IMG/VR virus record: IMGVR_UViG_3300045938_000052 | Coordinates: 1-43,000 of that record | Length of the DNA: 43,000 nt | From: a virus | Reading direction: 5' to 3' (one strand) | Shown: positions 8,298 to 16,680 of the stretch, in pieces | Layout: every line of letters begins with the position of its first letter | How positions within the stretch are numbered: position 1 is the first letter of the stretch | Notes under the pieces: model-generated | Databases searched by the model: none | Told to the model about the DNA's origin: nothing | The model's input: only the letters and a program-made list of their open reading frames with translations | Made by a program: the position numbers and the translations under genes

Positions 8298-8774
8298 ATG
8301 GCGCACATCCTTGAGAACCGAGTCTGCGAACTCAGCACGACCGAAGGCGTCGGCGCCTTCGCTCTCACGCCCGCCATTGCCATGCAGCGCTTCGGCGCGG
8401 TCATGGCGGTCGGCGACACGTGCTGGTACGTCGCCTCCGCGGTCAATGCGTCGACCGGCGCCCCGACCGGCGAGTACGAGTACGGAAAAGCGACGTATCT
8501 GGGCTCGAACTCGCTCGGCCGCACCGCGCCCTACGGCTCAAGCAGCGGGGGCGCGGCCGTCGCCTTCAGCGCTGGCTTGAAGCAGATCGCGATGACCATT
8601 TCCGCTCCGAGCTTTCGGACCAACGAAGACTGGTTGCGTGCCCTCGGGATCCTGACATTGCTCGAGGGCAAACAGGACGCAGGCACACCCAGCGACGCGG
8701 CCGTACTGGCCCTCCTTATGAGCGCGTCCACCTTCGCGCGGACCGAAACGCAGCAACTCAAGATCGGCGCTTAA
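8298..8774 (+). CDS. Hypothetical protein resembling N-terminal anchor domains of phage fibre/spike proteins (158 aa)
   Basis: Sequence is MAHILENRVCELSTTEGVGAFALT...GDTCWYVA...GEYEYGKATYLGSNSLGRT...SSSGGAAVAFSAGLKQI. This pattern is recalled from fibre N-termini. No search was possible. Confidence 0.6.
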   Translation: MAHILENRVCELSTTEGVGAFALTPAIAMQRFGAVMAVGDTCWYVASAVNASTGAPTGEYEYGKATYLGSNSLGRTAPYGSSSGGAAVAFSAGLKQIAMTISAPSFRTNEDWLRALGILTLLEGKQDAGTPSDAAVLALLMSASTFARTETQQLKIGA

Positions 8775-8776
8775 AA

Positions 8777-11700
8777 ATGGCTTTCGACCCGCAACTTGCC
8801 GACCTCGACCAACTGCACCAGGATTTTCTTGCTCTACAGGGCACGGTGACGTCGACCGAGGAGACCGTCAACCTCACGCTTAACCAGGTGACCAGCGCGA
8901 TCGCGCTCTGGCTGCCAATCGTGGTGAACGCCGAAGCGTTGGCCGACAGCCTCGACGATGGCAATGGCGAGGTGATTACGCCTCCGCCGGATCCGACGGT
9001 CACGGGCTACGTGATCGAGGGCGACAGCATCGATGCCGGCGGTGGCACGAATAGCCAGTCGTGGCCATCGCAGTTCGCCACACTCACTGGGTTCAGCGTT
9101 CGCAATGTGGCCACACAGGGCGACACGATCAACAGCATGATCAACGGGTTCGACAACCCGGGCGGCATCGGTGCGGCGTATTCGTCCGATTACGACAAGG
9201 TGATCATCGGCGGGCTCACGAACGATATTGCGCTCGACAACACACCACTCTGGCGCCTGAAAGAGCTGCTCTACGGTATTTGCCACAAGGCACAGGCCAA
9301 GGGGTTCAAGAAAATTTATCTGATGACGGTGCCGCCACGGGTGGTGGGCACCTCGATCTGGAATCAGGAAAAGGAAGATCGGCGAATCGCGCTGAATGCG
9401 TCGATGCTCACCGAATTCACGTCCTACGGCGCCGATGGTGTGATCGATCGGACCGCTGGGTTCACGACGGCCGATCTTTTCGATGGCGTGCATCCGACCA
9501 ACGCGGGTGCGTTCAAGATTGCACAAGCGGTGAAGGCGGCCCTGACTCAGACGCAACAGCCGGGCACTATTACGCCAAAGGGCGTCGTCTTTGAAGGTGA
9601 CAGCATCACTGCCGGTACGAGCGGCAATACGGATCCATACCCGGCGCAGTGGTCGCGCCTGACCGGCATCTCGTCGTCCAACATCGCCTACCCGGGTGAC
9701 CAGATTCGCTCGTTACTCAACAATTTCGACTCGCAGGCCGGGCCGAAATTCAACGCCCAGACGTGCGACATCTACATGTTCAATGGCGGGTCGAACGACA
9801 TCAGTGACAACAGCGCCGACAAGAACAGCATCGTCGATGTTATTCAACTGATCATCGATAAGGCGCATACCGCGGGCTTCAAGGTCATTCTCTCGACCAT
9901 TCTGCCGCGTGGTTTCAATGCGGCGAACGAAGCCATTCGGACATCGGTGAACCAATGGATTCGCACGAACTGGCGGAACGTCGCCGAAGGTCTCGTCGAC
10001 TTCGCCGCGGCCATCACCGACACGAGCGGTATGCCTGACGGGGTGCATCCGAGCAATGCAACGGCGGCCATCATGGCGGCCGAGGTGGCGAAAACCTTGG
10101 TTGCTTCGGTCACAGCGGGCGATGTGGTCAACAGCGACGGCTCGCTCAACGAAGCGAACTTCCTTGCCATCGCCAACAACTACTGGCAAGCGTTCGACTA
10201 TCGCTTCGGTGCAGCACCGACCAAGCCCACCGGTGTGCCCACGTACACCGAGCCGGTCAGCCGGTATATGCCTGACGGTTCGCTCACGCCTCCGACTGGA
10301 GGGGACATTCGTTCCTACCAGTTCGGTAATTACCGGGCTGGCTATACCGATTTCTCTTCCAACGAAGAGCACTTCATCTGGGCTCCCGACAACCAGGTCA
10401 AGTTCACTGGTGTGACCGGCATCCAAGGTTCCAGCACTTCGCACGACTGCCATTCTTTCAAGCCTGAAAGCAACTGGGTGCGTTACCTGCGTGGCGAGAA
10501 CCAGCTCAAGGGCGTGGAGGTCGAGTACTGGCGCAATCATGGACAGCCGAATCTGTCTCGCCCCACTTGCATGGGTCGCGCGCACGGTCGCCCCGGTTGG
10601 GCTGTGCAATCTCTGGTTGGTTTCCAAGATGGTTTCATCTGCACCATCGGGGCCAACACGATGTACAACGTGGCAAGCACTCGCCTGCCCGCCGGCATGA
10701 TCCCCACGGACATCGCCATCACATCGTCTAACGAGTTCGCCATCGTGACCTACTGGAGCACGGTGGACAAGCGTGGCGGCATTGCTGTCCTAGCCCTGTG
10801 TGGTCTGGGTCAGAACATGACTCTGGACAGCCCGACGCCGAATCCGGCAAACACCAATGACGGCTGGTGGGGTGAGTGGGAGCATGTTCGTTGGGGTCTG
10901 CACAACCTCGGCAACTTCGCTGGCATCAAGTATCTCGGCAAGTACGAGATCCCCGGCATGCTGGCGCCTACGGCTGCAAGTGCAACGACTGGCTACTACC
11001 GTCGCGGTTACCTCAATGCCAATGAGCCGGAAGGCACATGCGGCAACACAGGTGACTGGCTGCAGAACGAAGCACATCGTCAGATGTGGATCACCGGTCG
11101 CTTCGCCGGACGTTGGGCCAAGCAAGGTGCTGTCGTTGTCATCTCCAAGTCGGAGAAAAAGGCTGCGATCATCAACCTTGAGCCGCTGTTCGAACAGATC
11201 ACGAAGATGTATTTCACGACTCGTGAGCGCTTCTTGGAAACAACGACCTACGGCTATGCGGACAACCAGTATCCGTATGGCTTCGAGACAGTGCCAGCGC
11301 AGAAGCCGCAGTTCGTGAAAATGTTCAACCTGGAAAGCAAGCCGACCGCTTGCCATATGTACAGCTACGGCATCATCAATGATCCGAAGCGTTGGTGCTA
11401 TGTGGCAATGGAGAACGGTTATATGCATACCATTTCAATGGGTGGATATTCCTCGTTCCCTGGGCCAAACGATCCGCCGGATGATCCTTCGCAGGTTCAA
11501 ATCATTGGGCGTACTTTCGTTGGTGCGAACCCAGTGTCAATCAACCAAGTGAAGGAAAAAGCCGGTAACAAGTACGGTTTGCTGCGTGATGAGCGGGATA
11601 CGTTGCTTGTTGCTTCTCGTGCCGAATGCGCTGTCCGTTGGATCGACTTCAATACAGCCAACGGTACTGAGATTCTGAAGCTGCAGGACAGTCGAATCAC

Positions 11701-11929
11701 CGATATCACTCATGCTGAGGATATGGATAACCACGGGACAGAAAGCTATACCGTTGGTATTTCTGACATGAGCGGTGGGTGCATCCGTCACTATGCATGG
11801 GGCGATACCTATCTCCATACAGAGGGTGGTCTCCACTACCCGCTGGTCAATGGCGAGGACTTTAACTATGGCGGTGCTTTCAGCGTGCCGGGCAAGCCAT
11901 TCAAGAACGACAGCGCCAACGTCTCTTAA
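8777..11929 (+). CDS. 1050-aa multidomain protein: N-terminal coiled-coil-like segment, two tandem SGNH/GDSL hydrolase domains, and a C-terminal ~450-aa repeat/propeller-like domain
   Basis: The ATG at 8777 lies 3 nt after the previous stop. Domain 1 has GDSIDAGGG, GGLTNDI and DGVHPT. Domain 2 has GDSITAGTSG, GGSNDI and DGVHPS. The C-terminus is paralogous to 27639-29024. Confidence 0.85.
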   Translation: MAFDPQLADLDQLHQDFLALQGTVTSTEETVNLTLNQVTSAIALWLPIVVNAEALADSLDDGNGEVITPPPDPTVTGYVIEGDSIDAGGGTNSQSWPSQFATLTGFSVRNVATQGDTINSMINGFDNPGGIGAAYSSDYDKVIIGGLTNDIALDNTPLWRLKELLYGICHKAQAKGFKKIYLMTVPPRVVGTSIWNQEKEDRRIALNASMLTEFTSYGADGVIDRTAGFTTADLFDGVHPTNAGAFKIAQAVKAALTQTQQPGTITPKGVVFEGDSITAGTSGNTDPYPAQWSRLTGISSSNIAYPGDQIRSLLNNFDSQAGPKFNAQTCDIYMFNGGSNDISDNSADKNSIVDVIQLIIDKAHTAGFKVILSTILPRGFNAANEAIRTSVNQWIRTNWRNVAEGLVDFAAAITDTSGMPDGVHPSNATAAIMAAEVAKTLVASVTAGDVVNSDGSLNEANFLAIANNYWQAFDYRFGAAPTKPTGVPTYTEPVSRYMPDGSLTPPTGGDIRSYQFGNYRAGYTDFSSNEEHFIWAPDNQVKFTGVTGIQGSSTSHDCHSFKPESNWVRYLRGENQLKGVEVEYWRNHGQPNLSRPTCMGRAHGRPGWAVQSLVGFQDGFICTIGANTMYNVASTRLPAGMIPTDIAITSSNEFAIVTYWSTVDKRGGIAVLALCGLGQNMTLDSPTPNPANTNDGWWGEWEHVRWGLHNLGNFAGIKYLGKYEIPGMLAPTAASATTGYYRRGYLNANEPEGTCGNTGDWLQNEAHRQMWITGRFAGRWAKQGAVVVISKSEKKAAIINLEPLFEQITKMYFTTRERFLETTTYGYADNQYPYGFETVPAQKPQFVKMFNLESKPTACHMYSYGIINDPKRWCYVAMENGYMHTISMGGYSSFPGPNDPPDDPSQVQIIGRTFVGANPVSINQVKEKAGNKYGLLRDERDTLLVASRAECAVRWIDFNTANGTEILKLQDSRITDITHAEDMDNHGTESYTVGISDMSGGCIRHYAWGDTYLHTEGGLHYPLVNGEDFNYGGAFSVPGKPFKNDSANVS

Positions 11930-11947
11930 CCAAAACCGGATCAAAAC

Positions 11948-12871
11948 ATGAGCCAAGAGCAACTCGTACAAGCGGCCGCCCAACTGGCCAAGGATCTGCG
12001 CGACACGCGTGACGCGTATGGCGCGCGCGCCGCGGCCGTGATTGCCAGCACGTCGCAATTCCCCGCCAAGCTGGCGGAGTTCTCCAGCTTGCTCACGCGA
12101 TACGAGAATGCGCGCGATCGGATCGAGTCGGCAATGAGTGGTTCGAATCCCGGCACGGGCACCATGCTGGCTTATCTCGATTTCAGCGAGGCTGCCGATC
12201 GTGAGCGTCCGGATAATTGGATCAACAAGGTGCCGACCGGGGGCATCTATCGCAATTACGGGTCCGGCAAAGTGGCCGGCGGTCGAGGTGATCCTTACGG
12301 CCCCTTCCCGGGAATGTCGTGCATGACGGAAAGCGCGACGAATGGAAATATCGCCATTTACGGCGAGGACATCTATTCAATTCCAGATGTCGTGACATTC
12401 GAAAATGCTTTTCGTGCGGGCAACGGTGAGGGCAATATTCTGTCTTTCAGCGACATGGGTGCAATCGAAGGCGATACCTACTTTAGCGTCTACAAAATTG
12501 CGCAAGAGAATCCGGGGAAACGCCGTTTTCGTCTGACTGCAAAGGCTTTCGGCCTGTTCGATGACTTCATTACCGACGAAGTCGACGCATTGATGATGAA
12601 CGGCGAGAGCTGCTACTGGCCGAAAATGCGGCGCGAGGCAGACAACCGCTTTTCGTTGCGTGTGAACGGCAAATACCTCGGCGCCACAGACGTTCAATTC
12701 CCGGGCGTATTGCAGGGGCGGTTCGGTGCATGGGGTCTTTTCCAGCAGGATGGCTTTGGCGTCGACGGCAGCTTCCGCTGCGGCCTGGGCCTGGCCATCT
12801 GCGACAAGCGTTTGGAGAACCTCGGCACCGGCGACTATGCCGTTCCGACCGTTCGTCCCGCCTATCCCTGA
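11948..12871 (+). CDS. Hypothetical protein (307 aa) with helical N-terminus
   Basis: Clean ORF in the lower-GC block. The N-terminus MSQEQLVQAAAQLAKDLRDTRDAYG... is helical. There is no catalytic motif. Confidence 0.7.
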   Translation: MSQEQLVQAAAQLAKDLRDTRDAYGARAAAVIASTSQFPAKLAEFSSLLTRYENARDRIESAMSGSNPGTGTMLAYLDFSEAADRERPDNWINKVPTGGIYRNYGSGKVAGGRGDPYGPFPGMSCMTESATNGNIAIYGEDIYSIPDVVTFENAFRAGNGEGNILSFSDMGAIEGDTYFSVYKIAQENPGKRRFRLTAKAFGLFDDFITDEVDALMMNGESCYWPKMRREADNRFSLRVNGKYLGATDVQFPGVLQGRFGAWGLFQQDGFGVDGSFRCGLGLAICDKRLENLGTGDYAVPTVRPAYP

Positions 12872-12928
12872 TTCGATTGCTGCCGGACCCATCCCTTGAA
12901 CGCCGCTGCTCGCAATTAAGGTTCCACC

Positions 12929-13417
12929 ATGTTTGCAACGACTCCATTCAGCGCGACGGCATTCGGCAGCGAGGGGGACAGTCTTCAGCCGGATACAGGG
13001 TGGAGGCTCACCATCGTCGATGCGCCCGACGTCGTCGTGGCCGCCGTGCTGGTTCGGAACACGCTGGCGCTCTCCGTTCTCGATGCGGCCGACCAAGTCA
13101 GCGCATCCATGGTCGCCGGTGTCGCGCCGATCGACATCACGCTCGCAGTCCAGGACGAGCCGGACACGCTGCAGTCCGCGTTCGCCGCCCCTGCCGGCCT
13201 GACCCTGGCGCTGAGCGTCGCAGACGCGCCTGACACGCTGCTCGCTGCGGTAGAGCGCGCCGGAATGGCCACGGTTGCGCTGGTCGTGCGGGACGCACCC
13301 GACACGGTCCAGGGGGCCAGCATCGGGGGACGCCTGATCTTCGGCGCGATCCCGCGGTGCCGGCCCGCGCATGCCGGGTCACGCTGCCGGCCGCCCAACA
13401 TTCAACACAGGTGCTGA
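12929..13417 (+). CDS. Hypothetical repeat protein with five D-A/E-P-D turns (162 aa)
   Basis: ATG follows AAGG. GC3 is high in this frame. The motifs are VDAPDVV, LDAADQV, QDEPDTL, ADAPDTL and RDAPDTV, spaced about 20-25 aa apart. Confidence 0.6.
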   Translation: MFATTPFSATAFGSEGDSLQPDTGWRLTIVDAPDVVVAAVLVRNTLALSVLDAADQVSASMVAGVAPIDITLAVQDEPDTLQSAFAAPAGLTLALSVADAPDTLLAAVERAGMATVALVVRDAPDTVQGASIGGRLIFGAIPRCRPAHAGSRCRPPNIQHRC

Positions 13418-13419
13418 AC

Positions 13420-14007
13420 ATGGCTTTCAAGGTCGTCGAGCGCCCAACTGCCGAGCCGATCACGCTCGAGGAGTTGCGCGCCCATCTGCGCCTGGATGCG
13501 AACGGCGAGGTGCCGTCGCATCCGGACGACGCGCTGGTGCTGGGCTATCTCAGCGCCGCCCGCGAGCACGCGGAGCTCTACGTCGGCTTCGCACTCGCGC
13601 CGCAAACGCTCGAGCTTGCGTTGGACGAATTTCCATGCGACGGCGACGCCCTCGAGCTGGAGGGCGGAGAGGTTTCCTCGGTCGCCTCGGTCGTCTACGT
13701 CAGCGGCGCCGGCGAGCTCGTGGCGCTCGATCCGACGAAGTACGTGCTCGATCCATATTCCACGCCTGCATGGCTGCTGCCGGCCTACGGCTCGGCATCG
13801 TGGCCGGAAACCCTGCCGGTGGCCAACGCGGTTCGGGTCCGCTACTCGGTAGGCGCGCAGCCGCTGTCGCCGTCCATCCGCGCAGCGCTGCTGCTATTGG
13901 TGGGCCACCTGTACGAGAACCGCGAGGAGACGTCCGCCGTGCAGACATATGCACTGTCGAAGGGCGTCAATTCGCTGCTGCGCCTCCACCGGCGCATGGG
14001 GGTCTGA
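13420..14007 (+). CDS. Head-tail connector protein (gp6-like)
   Basis: Sequence is MAFKVVERPTAEPITLEELRAHLRLD...ALVLGYLSAAREHAELYVG...LLLLVGHLYENREE, a typical gp6-like signature. Confidence 0.85.
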   Translation: MAFKVVERPTAEPITLEELRAHLRLDANGEVPSHPDDALVLGYLSAAREHAELYVGFALAPQTLELALDEFPCDGDALELEGGEVSSVASVVYVSGAGELVALDPTKYVLDPYSTPAWLLPAYGSASWPETLPVANAVRVRYSVGAQPLSPSIRAALLLLVGHLYENREETSAVQTYALSKGVNSLLRLHRRMGV

Positions 14008-14333
14008 TGCGCGCAGGAACCCTCCGTCACCGCGTCACGGTCGAGCAGCCCGTCCGCGGGCGGGATGCGGCGGGTCAGCCTCTGACGGACTGGAAGCGGG
14101 TCGCAGAACTGTGGGCGGACCTGCTGCACAAGAACGGCGCCGAGACGATCCGAGCCGATCAGGACGCCTCCACCGTGCAGGCCAGCATCCGGATCCGATA
14201 TCGCACCGATCTCGACGCTTCGATGCGGGTGGTGCACGGCACCAAGATCTACCGCATCACGGCCGTCCTGCCGGACGAACGAGCTCGGCAGTACGTCGAC
14301 CTAGTGTGCGAGGTGAGTGGCAATGGCCGGTAA
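14007..14333 (+). CDS. Head-tail adaptor / head closure protein (SPP1 gp16-like)
   Basis: The ATG shares its A with the last base of the upstream TGA stop (1-nt overlap at 14007). Sequence is MRAGTLRHRVTVEQP...DWKRVAELWADL...IRIRYRTDL...YRITAV. Confidence 0.85.
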   Translation: MRAGTLRHRVTVEQPVRGRDAAGQPLTDWKRVAELWADLLHKNGAETIRADQDASTVQASIRIRYRTDLDASMRVVHGTKIYRITAVLPDERARQYVDLVCEVSGNGR

Positions 14334-14811
14334 GTCGGTTTCGATCGCATTCGATCGCACGGGCGCCAGTGCCGGCTTGACCGAGCTGGAGAGCGAGATG
14401 CTGGCCCTCATGCGGCCTGCGGCGCAAGCCGCGGCCCAGGTGCTCTACGACGAGGTGAAGCTGCGCGCCACTGCGCTCGGCTCGGTAAGCGGGAACCTGA
14501 AGGATTCGATCTACCAGGTCTTCAGCGCCGACCAGAGCAACGCCACGCGCTCGACCTATCACGTCTCCTGGAATGCGCGCAAGGCGCCGCACGGCCACCT
14601 GGTCGAATACGGGCACATCCAGACGCGGAAGGTCTACCTCGGCAAGAACGGCAGGTGGTACACGAGCCCGGTGCTCCTGCCGGCGCCGCGCCGCGTCGCC
14701 GCGCAGCCGTTCGTGCGGCCCGCCTACGACGCGAAGGCTGGAGCGGCGACCGCTGCTGCAGCGGCGCGCTACACCAGCGACCTGCGCAATCTCCTGGCGA
14801 GGCTGACATGA
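14323..14811 (+). CDS. HK97 gp10-family tail-completion/neck protein
   Basis: The RBS GAGGTGA precedes ATG 14323 (GTG 14317 is also possible). Sequence is ...HVSWNARKAPHGHLVEYGH....AQPFVRPAYD. Confidence 0.8.
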   Translation: MAGKSVSIAFDRTGASAGLTELESEMLALMRPAAQAAAQVLYDEVKLRATALGSVSGNLKDSIYQVFSADQSNATRSTYHVSWNARKAPHGHLVEYGHIQTRKVYLGKNGRWYTSPVLLPAPRRVAAQPFVRPAYDAKAGAATAAAAARYTSDLRNLLARLT

Positions 14812-15182
14812 CGGTTGAAACTGAAATCGTGGCGCTTCTGGAGACCGTGGTGCCGCAGGCGAACCCCGAGATCCCGAGCGTCTACGCGGACGTCGCGCCG
14901 ATGACGGCGCTGCCACCGTATGCCACCTACCAGCAGGTCGGCGGCCAAACCCTGCGCTATCTGGGTCGCGAGCTGCCATCGAAGAAGAACGGACGTTTCC
15001 AGATCACCGTCTGGGCCACCACGCGCATGCAGGCCTCGGCCCTCGCGCTGCAGATCGAGAACGCGTTCCTGCTGACCGACGTGATGCAGGCCGACCCGCT
15101 CGGCTCGCCGATCGCGACGGTCGAGGAGGGCACCAATTTCTACGGAACCCGACAGGACTTCAGCGTCTGGTCGGATCGATAA
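14808..15182 (+). CDS. DUF3168-type tail terminator/neck protein (gp11-like)
   Basis: ATGA overlap. Sequence is ...VYADVAPMTALPPYATYQQVGG...GRFQITVWATT.... Position is just before the major tail gene. Confidence 0.75.
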   Translation: MTVETEIVALLETVVPQANPEIPSVYADVAPMTALPPYATYQQVGGQTLRYLGRELPSKKNGRFQITVWATTRMQASALALQIENAFLLTDVMQADPLGSPIATVEEGTNFYGTRQDFSVWSDR

Positions 15183-15217
15183 CCAGTTTTCCGGCCCGTC
15201 AGGGCATTCAGCAACCG

Positions 15218-15239
15218 GCCGCCCATGCGGCTTTTTTTT
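15218..15239 (+). terminator. Weak rho-independent terminator (5-bp stem plus T8)
   Basis: Stem GCCGC/GCGGC with loop CCAT, followed by TTTTTTTT (15232-15239). Confidence 0.5.
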
Positions 15240-15261
15240 CGTCCACGAAGGGTCTTCCACC

Positions 15262-15903
15262 ATGTCTGCAAAACTGCCGGACGGCGCAACCGTCTCCATC
15301 GCCACGGGCCTCGGCCCCATCAGGCCCGTCACCGCACTGAGCAGCGCCGCGCCGCCGGTCGCGTCGGCGGTCGCCAACGGTCTGGCCAACAACGACCTCG
15401 CCTGGCTCACGTCGGGGTGGCAGCAGCTGCACGACCGCATCTACAAGGTCGGTGGTGCTGCTTCCGACTCGTTCACGCTGGTCGGCGCCGACACGACGAA
15501 CGCCACCAGGTTCCCCGCCGGCGGCAGCGCAGGCACGGTCCGCAAGATCACCGCCTGGCAGCAGGTCACGCAGATCCTGGGCTTCGAGACGAGCGGTGGC
15601 GATCAGCAGTTCGCGAACTTCTCCTATCTCGAGGAGGACTTCGAGCGCCAGCTGCCCACGATCACCAGTGCGCAGTCGATTGCGCTCACCATCGCCGACG
15701 ACGCGACGCTGGCCGGCTACATCGCTCTGAAGGCGGCCTCGGACGCACGGGCGCTCACGCCGATCCGCCTGGCGCTCGTGGACGGCTCCATGGTGCTCTA
15801 CAACGGAATCATCGCGCTCAACGAGACGCCGACCCTGACCAAGGGCCAGGTGATGTCGGTGCGCGCATCGATCTCGCTGCAGTCGCGCCCGGTCCGCTAC
15901 TGA
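15262..15903 (+). CDS. Major tail (tube) protein
   Basis: 213-aa ORF at the canonical position. Sequence is MSAKLPDGATVSIATG...TAWQQVTQILGFETSGGDQQFANFSYLEED.... Confidence 0.85.
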   Translation: MSAKLPDGATVSIATGLGPIRPVTALSSAAPPVASAVANGLANNDLAWLTSGWQQLHDRIYKVGGAASDSFTLVGADTTNATRFPAGGSAGTVRKITAWQQVTQILGFETSGGDQQFANFSYLEEDFERQLPTITSAQSIALTIADDATLAGYIALKAASDARALTPIRLALVDGSMVLYNGIIALNETPTLTKGQVMSVRASISLQSRPVRY

Positions 15904-15911
15904 TCTGCCAG

Positions 15912-15939
15912 GGCCCGCCACGCGCGGGCCTTCCTCATT
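15912..15939 (+). terminator. Hairpin attenuator after the major tail gene
   Basis: Stem GGCCCGC (15912-15918) pairs with GCGGGCC (15924-15930), loop CACGC. The U-tract TTCCTCATT is weak. Confidence 0.45.
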
Positions 15940-15955
15940 CACGCAAGACACCGAC

Positions 15956-16345
15956 ATGCCAAAAAAAATCCAGCTGGGCAGTGCGCCCAAGACCTTCCAG
16001 CACAAGGTCGTGTTTCCTCTCGTCGAAGGCGGCGAGGGCGAGATCGTCGTCGACTACCAGTACCGCACGCGGGCGCAGTTCGCAGCGTTTATCTCTGAGG
16101 TCTATCCGGACATCAAGACCGGTCGGGCGGCGCCGTCCGGGCCCGGCTTCGATGTGGTCGAGACAGCAGAGCAGCAAATGGCCAGTGATGTGAAGCACAT
16201 CCTCGGTGCGGTGAAAGCGTGGGATCTGAGCGACGAATTCAACTCGGCCAGCGTGCGCCGCCTGGTCGACGAGTACCCGGCCGCCTCAGCCGCAATCATC
16301 ACGGGGTACCGCGACGCCATCACCGAGGGCCGCACAAAAAACTGA
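15956..16345 (+). CDS. Tail assembly chaperone (gpG analogue)
   Basis: 129-aa acidic ORF between the major tail and tape measure genes. It ends with the slippery ACA-AAA-AAC-TGA. Confidence 0.8.
   Translation: MPKKIQLGSAPKTFQHKVVFPLVEGGEGEIVVDYQYRTRAQFAAFISEVYPDIKTGRAAPSGPGFDVVETAEQQMASDVKHILGAVKAWDLSDEFNSASVRRLVDEYPAASAAIITGYRDAITEGRTKN
16336..16342 (+). promoter_or_regulatory. Programmed -1 ribosomal frameshift heptamer A-AAA-AAC (G to GT fusion)
   Basis: The zero-frame codons are aca aaa aac tga. The -1 frame is open from 16219 to 16656. A -1 slip would therefore give a 15956..16656 fusion, as in lambda G/GT. Confidence 0.7.
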
Positions 16346-16656
16346 TGGCGGTCGCTCGAGCTCTCTACGAGCGCGAGGCGACCGCCGCCGAGCTGGCCGC
16401 GTTCGGGCTCAAGCCCAGCGACTACGCGGGCGTGGTCTGGTATTGGCCCGATACCCGCCAGGCCGTGGATCTCTTCTCACGCGTGCGGACGCAGTGGCGC
16501 ATCGGGCTCAACGGCGCGACCGGCTTGAGCTACGGCGACATCTGCCCGCTCATGGACCGCATGCGCCTGTCGGAGGACGACTGGGATGCGTTGTTCGCGG
16601 ACCTGCAGCTGATGGAACAGGAAGCGCTGGATGCGATGTATCCGGCAACGGAGTGA
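16345..16656 (+). CDS. Tail assembly chaperone T-portion (DUF1799-like); probably made mainly as a frameshift extension
   Basis: Sequence is ...FGLKPSDYAGVVWYWPDTRQAVDLFSRVRTQWR...LSYGDICPLMDRMRL.... The -1 frame relative to gpG is open across the slip site. Confidence 0.75.
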   Translation: MAVARALYEREATAAELAAFGLKPSDYAGVVWYWPDTRQAVDLFSRVRTQWRIGLNGATGLSYGDICPLMDRMRLSEDDWDALFADLQLMEQEALDAMYPATE

Positions 16657-16680
16657 CCTGCGGGTCGCAGAAAGAATCTG

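Noticed and set aside
12139-12150. TGGTTCGAATCC, a tRNA T-loop-like string
   Set aside because: The flanking bases cannot form a T-stem or acceptor stem. The string lies inside a well-supported CDS, where it encodes SGSNPG. No tRNA is called anywhere in the window.
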